Below, in pieces: positions 1 to 12,744 of a DNA stretch of 64,000 nt. Each line of letters begins with the position of its first letter. Within the stretch, counting starts at the first letter, position 1. The DNA comes from Trichosphaerium sp. ATCC 40318 (lineage: Eukaryota; Protista; Tubulinea), in the NCBI GenBank assembly GCA_038496445.1, contig JALMLS010000005.1, positions 124,001 to 188,000 of the forward strand, in the 5' to 3' direction. Below the pieces are notes generated by a model. That model was not told where the DNA came from, made no database searches, and worked only from the letters and a program-made list of their open reading frames with translations. The translations under genes and the position numbers were made by a program.

Positions 1-2059
1 CATTAAATTCTATTGACCATTGATCTTCTCGGTCAATGTACCTTGTCCTGATGAGGAGAGGTCTAATATGGAGATTAGTTTAGCTACAATCTTGTACTTC
101 AAAAAAACAAATCGTACGTCAACACTTTTGTGCCATAGAAAGGACTACCAAGTAGGGAATCAACACTATCAAAGAGGAGATAGTTTTCTTCAAAATAATC
201 CATCCCTGGGCCATCATTCATATCTCCAGAACAACAAACGAGAGCGTCTAAAACAAGTGTTAACAAGTGTTGGCGTTTGGTGAAGGGGATCATCACACGA
301 GTTTTTATCGCGTACCTTTGTCATCAGCAAAAAGGATTAAGTCCATCATTTTACGAGTGCGTAAACACTCAGCATGAATTCTACGTCTGTTTTTAACCGC
401 TTTCTTGATGAACTTCATCTTCTTCTCTTCTTCTGTTGAGTTCCATAATTTCTTTCCAGAATGTATGTACTTAGACTAAAGATTGTTAACGGTAACATTG
501 GAATAAAATGAATAACTACTAAGCACTGTACCTTAGTATGCAACGCTACAAAGTGGATGGGCTTCTTCTGAGCATCAACATCTACGTACTGGCACCATAA
601 AGTTAACATCAAGCAGAGTATGCGAGTACTACGTAAAAAATATAGCTCTACAAATTTTAACGTACATCACCACTTAAAACCAAGGGTTTCCTGGTAAATT
701 CGTAATCTTCAATTACAAATGTTCCAGAAACATCAAACTTCCACTTTTGAGCCAAGAAATTATTTGCGTTAACGTTCAGGTGTGGATTTTTAATAGGGCC
801 ATCTTTTTTCACTAGAAAGTAAATACGTTGTTGCCCGCCATCTAATCCACTAAAAGAACATTAAAAATCCTCAAAGTAAAACATTTTGAAGTGTCAAAAT
901 GTCATACCCAAATGTGTCAAAATTATCATCCAAAAATGTCTATTGACCAAAAAATTAAGTCAACACAACAAAATCCCTTTACTCCCTCACCTTAACAAAA
1001 AGCTGCATTTGCGATAGCAATTCAGGTCCTACAAAAATATTAGTCCAAATCAAAGGTGAGAATAATTTACTACGTTACCTTCTTCAATAGCAAGAACATC
1101 TGGATCCATGTCTTTGATTACCTAAATTATATATTTAGTGTCTATTTACATAACAACCAAATGCTTTTTGGTAACTACGTACGCTTCCAATTTGCTTGCA
1201 TAATTTTGGAATATCAGTTAACTTTCAAAAAAAAACACGTGAGCAACAAGTAACGTTTGAGAAGCGATAGACTTACTCCTTCTTTGACCTTTATTTTTTT
1301 TTGAAAGTTAGCCACTACTAATGATGCTACGAACTTACCTTATCCTTCAGGAACGCGTTAGGACCAGAAAAAAAATGAGACATCCTATTTTAAGCGTAAG
1401 AGAAAGAAATAAAGATCCTCGCTTTAATTTTTTATGAATTCCAGTCTGCTTACCATTCAATATTCCAGTTGGCATAACTAGTTGCATAAGAAAGACGTGA
1501 GTATTAATAAAGAGATAAAGTACAAATTACCGAAATTGGTGTTCAGTCTTATTCTTTTCCATCTTACGCTCCCATTTAACCTTCATTTTTTGAAACATAC
1601 TGTCTTGCTCAATATCTGAGCCTTGAACTACAAGTTTTTTAATCAGAGAAGATAAAAATTAGATCGCTCTGTACCAACAGCTGCAGTGGCTTCATATTTA
1701 GTAAGTTTTACGAATCTGTCTTTACCAGCGCCCTTTGGCTGATGTAAATGGCAATCTTAACCGACAAGTTTACCTCAGATTCGTGAAGTAGCCCACCAAA
1801 CTGTTGAGCGAGTCTATGAACCCTTCTACGCTCTGCAGACGTTAAATCCTACAATTAATTAAAAACGCTGTTTTTTGCTCAACTTACCTTGGAGAACGCC
1901 AATTCAGTCTGTTTATCATCATTACAGAACGCTTGAGTTTTATTAAACCGCAAACACGAAATTCTAAAACAAGGCCTTACTGTTAATAGATGTCCAAAAC
2001 TTAAGTTCTTGAGCGTCGGTAGGCTTTGCAGGAGGTGTATGCTTAGTTTTAGTTGCCAT
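1..2059 (-). CDS. R3H domain + endonuclease/exonuclease/phosphatase (EEP) domain protein; multi-exon, 3' end runs off the window
   Basis: Spliced translation from ATG 2059 (MATKTKH...) gives an R3H motif (LTSAERRRVHRLAQQFGGLLHESE...GAGKDRFVKLTK), then EEP motifs NWNIEW, DPDVLAIEEG, LHTKSK, NRRRIHAEC and GDMNDGPGMD. Confidence 0.8.
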
Positions 2060-2501
2060 TTTGTCAGACTAGCTGTATTATAAGTCATAACAAAAAACTA
2101 ATACCCCATGACATTTATACGCCATGATACCCGCTATGTCGTTGGGTAAGCGTCGTTCTTGATTTGGTGTCGACATAACACGTTTTTGGCAAAGCACGAG
2201 TTAGTTGATTCGCCACCAAAAATTTTGCCATTAAAAACCTACTGAACTTGAGAAAAACTATCGTCAACGCAAAGCTTGTACCTGTGAACTAGATTTACGA
2301 CATAAAAGACAATAAACAAATGCATTCCAAGGATACATACGCTAGGCGTTCGAAGTTGGTATGTAATCAATGCTAGAGAGAATGTAGACCTGTGTATTTA
2401 ATTTGCGTGGAAACACACGCTTTTTCAACTACCTTTTCTGTAAACTTCTACTGAGATGCTCATTAGTGCAATTTATCGCTTGAAACTAACTTTTACTGTA
2501 G

Positions 2502-4642
2502 ATCCTCCGACACTTCGCTACTCCAAACCCAGAACACTCGCAAAACGTTAGAAAGGGGTGTAGATCGCGTGATAAGGCATCTTATAAGCGTAACAACCAA
2601 ACATGGACCAATTGGGCCAGGACGCAATCATGCAACCCTAAATACTGGCACCAGCCATCCAACGAGCAAGAGCTACGCGATATACTCCTTTACGCACTCT
2701 CAACAAAAGAGCGTGTAAAAGTTGCCGGTGTAGGCCATTCTCCATCTGATATATCCTTTCAACGCTAAACACGCATTCCGCAACTTGCGGAGAATTATTT
2801 CGCCTTTTTTTTTTGTTGTTGCAACACTATTTGTGCGCGTAAAACGCAAAACTAGTTCGCAAACAACGCAAAATGGGCTAGAAAGTGTTTAATTTATACT
2901 TTCTCTATCTGTTCCCCCATCACTTCCTTAACGCGCCCTACATTGCCATGACAAACTCAGACGGTCATTTAATAAGTATGAACAACTTTGCAAGGGTACT
3001 AGACATTGATAGGAAGAACTGCGCGGTTACTGTACGACACTTCAAAAAAAAAAAATTTCTGTATTCCTTATCGTGCTTAGTTTCAATCGGGATTAACAAT
3101 AGAGCAACTAAACGAAGTATTGCGAGAAAATGGAATGGCTTTAGCTAACTTGGGTTCAATTTCGGAACAAACACTTGGTGGATGCTTTCAGGTGAAAAAC
3201 CAAAAAAAAAAAATTCACATCAACACCGCTTTATGTCATTCGCTGATATTTTATTTTAGACTGGTACACATGGTACTGGTATGGGATTTGGCGTATTGGG
3301 TGCTTCAGTGGTAGAATTTGGTTTGATGCTATCAAAGTACAACAGACATTTCATGAACATTTCATGAACATTTTGACATTTACTGAAAAAAATTTAGTGG
3401 CGAAGAAATAATATGCTCAGAGCAAAATAATCATGATATTTACAAAGCAGCACTATGTGGTCTTGGTATGCATTTTTTATATCCAATTACATTACCTCTG
3501 ACGTCATTAGGCGCTATGGGAATCATGACTACAATTAAACTTCGTGTTTGTCCAGCTTATGGACTGAAAGCAAAACAATACCCTATGAGACTTGAACAAG
3601 TATTATCCAAGGTTGGTTCTATTCCTTACAATGCAGGTACTGTCAATGAACATATTTATTTCTGTTTTATTAACATGTTTCTTCAAAAAGATCACGTGCG
3701 ATTCTGGTGGTTTCCACATACCGACGGGTACGTGACGCATGTAGTTCCATATAAACTAATATTCCCTAGATGTGTTGTTTGGGAAGCAACTCGCCATGAA
3801 GGGATGGTTGAATCTAATGAAAGCGGGCTTACTTCACGAGTATCAGCGTACTGGTAAGTTGTTTTTAATATCAAATTATTCTGAACCAGTTTGGCTTAAT
3901 ACATGAATAGGGACAAGCTTATTGGTTATCATCTTCTCGAATTCCTCTATTATATGAGCACATATGCTCCTAGCATCATACCGAGCATTAATAACTTTTA
4001 CGAGTACACCAGATTTCGCAAACTCCAAAAACAAAAGGGCATCAGCTACAAAGTACACTTTTTTATTGAAGTTCTTTTGACAAGCTAACTCTAATCTAGG
4101 TCTTCAACTTTGATTGTCTATTTAAGCAATACGTTAACGAGTGGTCAATACCAATAGAAAACACAGCTAAAGCAATGAGAGCTTTAAAGAAAATGATAAA
4201 AGATGGTAACTTTAAAGTACACTTTCCAATTGAAGTACGCTTTGTAAAGAAAGACGACATTTGGCTATCTCCAGCATACGGTGGTGACAAATGCTACATA
4301 GGTAAGTTAATATACCAATACTACATGTCTCAAGCGTACTAACAACTATGACAGGTATTATTATGTACCGACCTTATGGTGTTAACGTTGAGTACAAACG
4401 TTACTTTTCTGAATTCCAAAAACTGATGCAATCATTTGGTGGAAGACCTCACTGGGCAAAGAGCCACTCTTGGGGTGATAAAGTACGTTCATATTTTAAT
4501 ATAAATGTGTTACTTTATTGACATTGGACTCAAGGAATGTCGTGATGCATATCCTATGTGGGGAGCTTGGAAAGAGCTTCGCAATAAGTTAGATCCAACA
4601 AAAACATTTTGGAATGCCTACTTAGAGCGTATTAATGCGTAA
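2502..4642 (+). CDS. GULO: L-gulonolactone / D-arabinono-1,4-lactone oxidase (FAD-linked); start codon not resolved
   Basis: WTNWA..C.P, GHSPSDIAMT (FAD-binding His), NLGSISEQTLGG, TGTHGTG, HVRFWWFPHT, VFNFDCLFKQYVNEWSIP, VHFPIEVRF, GGRPHWAK; stop TAA at 4640-4642. Confidence 0.92.
2751..2941 (+). other. U12-type (minor spliceosome) AT-AC intron
   Basis: 5' end ATATCCTTT, branch point TTCCTTAAC at 2924-2932, 3' end AC at 2940-2941. Removal joins GHSPSD|IAMT in frame. Confidence 0.93.
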
Positions 4643-4875
4643 AAAGACCGTTGGTTGCCAAAAAAAAACTACCAACGGAGAATTTGCTACTTATTTTGTG
4701 AATGTAGTAAAAATAGCTCCTTAACATACTTCTGCCTCTGTTAATTACGATATAGATGCTCTATGCCTGTTTTTCGTACTGTTGACAATGTGTACTAGGT
4801 CTTTGAGTGATGTTTTGTCAAGTAGCAATCGGATTAAGCTGTTATCGAGAAAATATTTCTTGTGACTTTTCTGTT

Positions 4876-5939
4876 ATGGCAACTAGTCACGTCATTGTAT
4901 TACTTGCGCTATGCGCTATTGTATGTGGCATTGCAGTATCTGTGAAGGTACCTCCAAAAAAACCTAACTTGTATAACGATAAAATAGGATAGCCCTGAGC
5001 TCCCTACGCTTATGAGCTGGTTTAAAGGCGAATACACCAACTATGCTCAATGGGAAAGCGATGTTGAAAATAACGTCGGGAAAAAAGGTAAAACGCGTCA
5101 GTTGCGTGTAACCCATAACAGCTTACCTATTTCTTCTAGATTTTCACGATTTAATTCACACAGCCGCTTACCACATTCCATTCGACATCCAAGGTATTGG
5201 TGAAGCTGGAAACATGGTTTACATCCAACAATTTTCACATGGTGACCCTACCAAAATATATCGCCAACGTATCTACTCCTTCTCTCAGGACGCTGACGAT
5301 ATTTACCTTGATTTCTACACATTTAAAAACGCATCCAAATATGTAGACGCACAATTCCATCTCGATATCTTCCGCTCTCTTACACCAAACGACGTTTCTG
5401 GACTCCGTAAGTGTAGAGTTACACTACAATGGGATGGAGAACACTTCTCCGGACACACAGGAGATAGTTGCAGAGTAGAAGATCCTTCAAACAACTCTAC
5501 AATTCTTATCAAAGATAACAACATTTTTGGTAAAGACTTCTTTACAATCCACGAAAGATGGTTCAACTCTAAAGGTATTCAAATCCTTGGTACTCTTACA
5601 CCTACTATGTGTAATGTTACAACTGTTCCACGTAAATTCAGCGGGTATGTCGCTGTAGACGTTGATGGTGAAGCAGTAGTGTTTGAGAACATTATTTTGT
5701 GGGATGCAGGCATGTCAGCAAAAATCGAAAAGAAAGGAGTAAGCACGCCTTATTCTATTGAATTATCTCAAGTCGTTTACGGTGGTGGTTTCCCTGTATT
5801 CAAGATTGCCGTACACAAAGTAGGATACGTTCACAAGGGTCTAACTCTTGCAATTGCTTATGCTTGGACTCAACCTACTGCTACTGAGATTGGTATTAAC
5901 CTCAGATATATAGAAGCTGGCTTTTTACTAGCACAGTAA
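4876..5939 (+). CDS. CpcT/CpeT (T-type chromophore lyase)-family protein with signal peptide and C-terminal extension
   Basis: Signal MATSHVIVLLALCAIVCG; LMSWFKGEYTNYAQ, VYIQQF..GDPTKIYRQRIYSF, conserved Cys pair (KCRV, DSCRV), C-terminal AYAWTQP..EIGINLRY. Two short 5' introns. Confidence 0.75.
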
Positions 5940-6047
5940 ATAAAAACACTGTTTTTGCTGAAAGTTCAACCTGTTTCTTTTAGATTGTCTTATAAGCGTC
6001 GAAGCTTGACGTGCCGGCGTAACTACAAGGAAATGTAGCTGTCAACT

Positions 6048-8599
6048 ATGAAAGCTTACACTAAAACGCAGTGTTGTATTTGTAAAAAGTTAAATTATCA
6101 TCGTGACGCTTATAGAAGGATATCCCAACGTGTTGCCGTACGTTTACGTACCCAAAGGGTTATTGCAGCCAAAAATGGTGTTATCAACGAGAAAAGACGT
6201 CCACGAGGTTATTGGAGCGTAAAAACAAACCAACGGCGCCTTTTTGACAGTATTGCTGGTAAACTCAATGTTGAACATCCAGATGACTGGTATAGTGTCA
6301 ACTGGAAGTCAGTAATAGATTTAGGAGGTACAGCGGTTATTCAGAGGTACATTGTACAAAATGTCATAACAAATTTGTAACTTTCAGTTATGGCTCGTCT
6401 GTCTTTCATGCGCTTAAAGAAATCTACCCTGAACACGAATGGATGCCATGGAAGTTTGAGTATGAGCTTTGCGATAGCCTAAAAGCAGTCTTATCATGCG
6501 TAGAAACATACCACGGTGGATTTGGGATGATGCATATTACTTAAGTAAATTTTTTGAATTCATTGCCAATGAAGCTGGTTTGCATACATTGGATGCATGG
6601 TACACACTATCAAGCAAGTTTATAATTGAAAACGGAGGATCAGGAATCTTATTAAAGCAAGTAGTGATCAAGAAATCTTGAACAATTCAATAATTTCTAA
6701 TTTTGTTTCCTAGGTTCGGTTCATTGAACAATGCTCTCCAGGCAGTGTATCCGCACCACAATTGGGTATTCAGGTGAGCGTATGATGTATTTTTCTTGTC
6801 TCATTAAGTATAAGCCGAGTGTCCCTTGGACACTGGAGAAACAAAGTGAACAGAAGAAACAAGTTTAATGCAATCGGCAAGAAACTAGGGTTACAATCTT
6901 TGGAAGGGTGGTATACTGTGCGTAACCACTCACTGTATGAAAATGGGGCTAGTGGTATAATGAATAAGTAAGTTAAATTATTAGACTTTAATTAATGGTT
7001 TTCACAGGTACAGAGGTTCTAGGGCTTCTGCTCTAAAGGGTATTTATCCTAATTTTAATTGGTACTTTGAATGAAAAACCTCAACTTTCAGAGCATTAAT
7101 AATCAAGAAACAGGAATCCTGGAAGCTTCCATACTTATATTAAGGACACAGATCCAAAGTAGGATGATCATCGCTTTATTACTCACAACTTTTGCATTCT
7201 TATTTTTTTCTTAGATCGCATGAACCTCGACTGTACCATGCACAGTACTTGAAGAGACTTGCTACTAAACTAAAACTTAAGAAATACACAGATTGGTAAT
7301 ACCTTTATAAACGCTTTGATTGTCACACATAAGAGCGTGCTAATTCTTTGTCAAAAGGCAACGCGTTACAAGTAAGGAATTTGTATCAAAAGGTGGTCAT
7401 TTTTTACATCGCAGGTAAAGTCACCTAGTCTTTTTTATATTCGATCTATATTACTTAACTCATCTCGTAAAGATATGGGTCTCTTGGAAACGCTGTAAAG
7501 TCAATTCTACCTGATATTAATTGGAATTTTAAGAGGTAGCTCTTTTTGCGTCTACTTTACACTTACTATTTTTAAGGAGTCGTCAAAGGTCTTCGAGATA
7601 CTGGCATGATAAGCTAAATGCAAGAACGTTTCTCAAAGATGCACAAGTGCGGCTACACGTGTTGGATCCTTACGCCTGGTATTCTTTTACATTTTTGGGC
7701 TTATTTGTTGGTAATAGCATGCATGTAGGTATCGTGTTTCTACTACACAGATAGCAGCTCTGGGTGGTAGTGGTATATTATCTTACTGGCCTAGAATTTT
7801 AAAAGAATTACATCCAACATTTAATTGGGATAAAAACATCTTTGCAAGTCCTAGTAAACGTGCAGGTCAACGGTAAGGATAATTATTCGGCTTTTTATCT
7901 TGATTTTTTTGTTTATCAAAACAATATCTCCCTCAAGTTTATTCGAATATCACCGTTGCTACCATCACTATAATGTTTGTGATTCTAACTATATTGCTGT
8001 TTGTATGTAGGTGGCTGTTATATTGTATAAAAGAACTATTTAATGGTCACGAAGTGCTAGAAGAGTATTGTCCTGGCTTTGCAACTACTACAGGATTTTC
8101 ATGGATTACTATTGATGTTTTTGTTCCTCACCTAAATATTGCATTTGAGTATCAAGGAGAACAACATTATTTTGATATATCAGCTGCTTTTGAAAAAGCT
8201 GGTATTGTAGAGAAGAGAGATATGGAGAAGTCTCAACTTTGCAAAGAGCATGGTATTACAGCACATCTTTTTTCTTTGTTGACCCTTCCTTCTTGCCTAA
8301 CTCTTCATATAGGTATAACAGTTATCGCTATACCTTACTCATGGAAAGGGGATTTAAAGAGTTTAGCAGCAACAATAAGTTTTGCTAGGTAGGACTTCAT
8401 CAGTTTCTAAAATGCAAACACATATTTTTTTGTTATTGAATTGGGGTTTTTTCTGTCGGCCTTCTCGAACACCACCATTTGTTAATACTATTTTTTAAGG
8501 TCAGATATTGATTTTGGAGATTTGGCCATGGGTGCTAAGCCTTTACGTTTAGAACAAGACGCATCAAAGAAGGCATTGATGATGCCTTCTCAAACATAA
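6048..8599 (+). CDS. Tandem ~70-aa repeat protein (5 repeats) with C-terminal PD-(D/E)XK/Vsr-like nuclease domain
   Basis: Repeat consensus P.GYW...N.R.F..I..L.....WY.V......GG..++..YGS...AL..+YP...W. C-terminus IDVFVPHLNIAFEYQGEQHY...RDMEK..LCKEHGITVIAIPYSW. Confidence 0.8.
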
Positions 8600-8751
8600 T
8601 AAAAAGTTACCATTGAAAAGGGAACAAAGAAACTACCTACATAACCGCATCTCTAGTCCCCTCCCATGTGATTCTTCAAAGGTTAACATGCTTGGATGTC
8701 TAAAATATTGAGCTTTATTTTTATTTGTTAACGGTCTAGGAAGACATATTG

Positions 8752-11389
8752 TTAAAAGCCTAAGGCTCGTGGCTCGCACAAACAAGATAATCGATGGATT
8801 TCTTCATAGTCATATTCCTCTTTTGAAAAGCCTAAAACTATTGAACGGATCCATGGTATTGATTCATAAGGATAGTCTAAACATAGAGCTTGAAGACATT
8901 CGGATAAAATCTCCAGTTTAGAAATGCTTGTCAATAATTTGATACTACTATTTTGAACTATGACGCCAGGCTGATCCATCATGGATTGAAACATTCCTGG
9001 ACTAGGAACTTGAGGCTTATTCTCTTTGACACATGTCCTAAAAGTATTAAATTCAAAAGCAGGTAGGAGTGATTGCAAGAGATCAAAAAAAAACATAATA
9101 AAATCTGACACATACAGTGCACGTGATCTTTCCGCTGAATGTCTTGCCATGTAGCCGCCTTTCGTTAAATTTATCAGTAATTGCTTATCACGTGGATCTA
9201 TCTGTTCAAAGAAAATTGGTTAGTTGCGAGCAAAAGGGCTTGTCTGTTCTTCAAACAAGAACTAAAATATTGTAGTTTAACCTACCTTAGCCCACGTTTT
9301 TTTCAATCTCCATACTGCAGAGAATTGTAAGCTAGCCACTATAGCCGCTACAAAAAAGCTATTCTCTACTTCAGAAAGGCTACGCAATAACTTGAGTAAG
9401 TATGTTATACATTTAACACGGTCATCTAAGTCTCGTGTATTGACAATCAATGATATAAAGTATTGTGTAGCCTAATAAACAAAAAAGTTAATTACTCTTT
9501 GGTCACCTGGTACTACTCACCATGTTGAATTGATCTGCTAACCCGTATAGGTTTTTACAAATACTATTACACATATTTGCAGCTCTCACTCTAGAGAAAT
9601 AATGTGAGAGGAGGAGGAGGACACAGCTTCAATGCTAATTTTTTGTTTTGGGTTTAAAATAAGAGTCTATGACATTTACCTCTCTTGTGCTACTAGTGCC
9701 ATTTCTATGGCTAGATCTTTTGTGGGTATATCCCATAATATTACACTTTGGGGTATATTTGGTCTATGTTTCATAATCTTTACTGGAGTTGTCTTTGTCT
9801 TGGTACAAAACGATTTCAAAGTACCCTAAAATGTTTTTGTTAATCTTTACAATGAATCACAAAGCTCATCTATTCTCTACTTATTATTACACGTACAACT
9901 CCATTTGTATTATTTAATAAACGTTCAACCACTGCATTATAGAGTAGGTCTTGATGGCTTTTTGATAAGCTGCGAATAGAACTCTCAAAATAAAGTGTCA
10001 TTATTTCTTCGTCATGTGACATAATCACCTTGTTCCATGGAAGATGCAATATAGCACAACGTAAGAAATGAGCTACTCTAAAAACGGTTTATATATATTA
10101 TGCTGCATAGGAGGTCGAACAAGAAGATTATTAAACAAAAAGAGAGAAATCAGTATGTACCTGTGAGCTCTAATGTTGGTTGTATTGTCTTCATATATCT
10201 GTAGAAGATTATCTACTAGACTTTTATATATTTTTACATAGTTTGTAGAAGTGGATAATCCTGAAGTAGAAAGCAACAGCGACGAACCTATGCAATTCTT
10301 GTAAGACATAATGAGGTTCAAATAAGGGTTAAAATTTTCAAAAGAAAAAAAAAAAGGAAACTACTTTGAAAAGATAACACCGTCACGTGATGGATAGTTG
10401 GTAAAAAAAAATTGGAATAATCGTTTTCATTTGGTTAAAACAACATTGTAAGGGTTTGTACTTAAATATCTGTCGAAAATTGTCGTGGTACGTACTTGAC
10501 AATTCACTTGTTTTTAAAATATCATCATAGAAGTCCAAACTTTGAATTGCACAAAACTTTGTTGAATTACTAATCAATTTTGCAAAACCATGTGTCGTGC
10601 ATGACACTATATTCTTTAACGAAAATACGCCACTACTATTTTTATATGATATATCTGGGTCTCCCCTCAAGTGACCGTACAAAACCTATTTTTTTTTCAA
10701 AAATAAAAACAAGGTTTGCTTGGTTTTAGCTAGCGATTTATCGCACCTCATTCAGCCCTGTTATATCCTTGATACGTTGTGCATTTGGTGCAATAATTAC
10801 ATTGATAAATGAGGGCCATGGCATGCCACTTGTTGTTATTTCGGAGCCTTCCAGAAAAGGGTCAATAATTGATACAAGAGTACCAACGTACATTTTCCAT
10901 AAGGTAGACTATAGTACTGTAGAAGCGGTTTCCAAGGCTCCGGAGAGCTTATTAAAGCATTCCATTGTTTACACACCTAATATCACCCGTCAGGCCTAAA
11001 TACGCAAAAAAAGTAACGTACATAAACACCATTAACGCATAACTCCCTTGGTGGCACTTTTTGTATTATCTCGCATTAATGTCAGTAAACGAACCCATAA
11101 TATTGTCACGAACTTTAACAATAATCTCTGGCGGTATATTTTCCATTACTGCCAATTTAGGTTACTTGTCAACCCTCAGCTTTGACTTAATGTAGTGATT
11201 GCGCTAAGTCACCCATTTCTTCTCAAAAACAAAGCAAAACGTGTCGACATTGTCGGTACAGACAAGCACAATACCGGCGAATATTTGCACCACCAGTACA
11301 AATATTGAAACGTTACTGTGGAAGTACCTTATCACAATCATTAAACTTGGTTCAACAAAACGCAAGAATTTTAAAGGAATTTCGTTCAA
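8752..11389 (-). CDS. RasGEF (CDC25-type) domain protein, divergent; both ends approximate
   Basis: Spliced QFNM..TQYFISLIVNTRDLDDRVKCITYLLKLL...NSFFVAAIVASLQFSAVWRLKKTWAK resembles the CDC25 catalytic core. Confidence 0.65.
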
Positions 11390-11443
11390 AGGATTTTTGG
11401 CCGAAATTCATTGTCTACTCGTGTTTGGCAAACCAATAAAAAA

Positions 11444-12580
11444 ATGACTTCGATAGTGCTTCCTCATGATGTGTTGAATTTAATCTTTTGTCAAGTAGCC
11501 GACAAAGATATTTTATCCTCACGGTATCAGTTTCTATACGCATACAAGCCTCGCTGACATAAAATTAGCTCTGTATGTAGGCAATGGAGCTTTACAGCTA
11601 ATTTCAACTTAAAACACCTCTACATCAATCATACAGACGGAATTCATCTCTTGAACGCCTTTAAAGGCTTTTCAAAGCTAACAATAGGTACTTGTGAATG
11701 TAAGAAAAAAACCGTTCAGCGTACTAAACTTTAGTAACAGGATGCACCGACGTGCCTTCCCTTAACGCCGAAACAAAACTATTGGACAAAATAGGCTTTT
11801 ATGACAAGTTAAAGCAAATGAAATTAGATGCCTTAACTCTCCATTTCTGCCCTCTGTACGTTACATCTACAACTAATAACACGTATACCCGTTGCTTACA
11901 CTATGCTGAAGGAACGACAAAACATGGAAACGTTTGATAGAATCAGGAATTGCAAGTATTTCATTCTTGAATCAAAGACAGCTCCTTGATCATTTCGGAT
12001 CACCTCACGTACGGAACACATAGTATCTAACTTACCTAATTTCACTTCAAGACAATATGTCCTAACGTATCTCTGGAATACCATAAAGTACTACATGGTT
12101 ATACGACATTCGCTTGTATGAGTTGTGAAGGTGGTAAAAGAACTACAACAGTTAGACTTTCTTCATCTTTCAAGAAAGATGACACGTGGAAGGATTTTGG
12201 TAATATTTTCAAAGATGATGAATGTCAAATCGCTGTAGCGTACGATATTTGATTAAGGTTGGATTTACGTTTATTTCTCACTGTATAACAGTAGATACGA
12301 GGCAGGTGAAAGTGGTGTAAAAGCTGGATTTAAACAAAACACAATGGTTATGATTTTATGGTTAGAATTTGAGCTTTTTTACTTTATGTTCGCTCACATA
12401 AATGCCATTAGGACTCCTGACTTTGCACCTGCTAGACAAAAAATGATAACAGCAGCTACAGCAACAAAATTAAAACGTTATTTCCCAGCAATAGATGTAT
12501 GCCGGCAGGCAAGCAAACCATCAGATGTCACAAAAATACAAACTTCAAACGCTGTTGTCCTTCGTTTGCAACAATTCTAA
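11444..12580 (+). CDS. F-box protein, unknown C-terminal region
   Basis: Spliced N-terminus MTSIVLPHDVLNLIFCQVADKDILSSRSVCRQW matches the F-box pattern (LP.++..IF....S.VCR.W). Confidence 0.7.
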
Positions 12581-12744
12581 GGGTTACTCTAATAGTACTA
12601 CCTCTTATTGAACCAAAAAAATTACTAGTATTAAATAAACAAAGAAGAATTAACGAACGACTTTATTAACATGTCACGTGTTTGAGATGAAAAAGAGAAA
12701 CGTTGGTTGAAAAACTCAAAGAGATTTTTGCCTCTTTTTTTTTT

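Noticed and set aside
3345-3372. 11-bp tandem repeat ACATTTCATGA in a GULO intron
   Set aside because: Ordinary slippage duplication with no sign of function.
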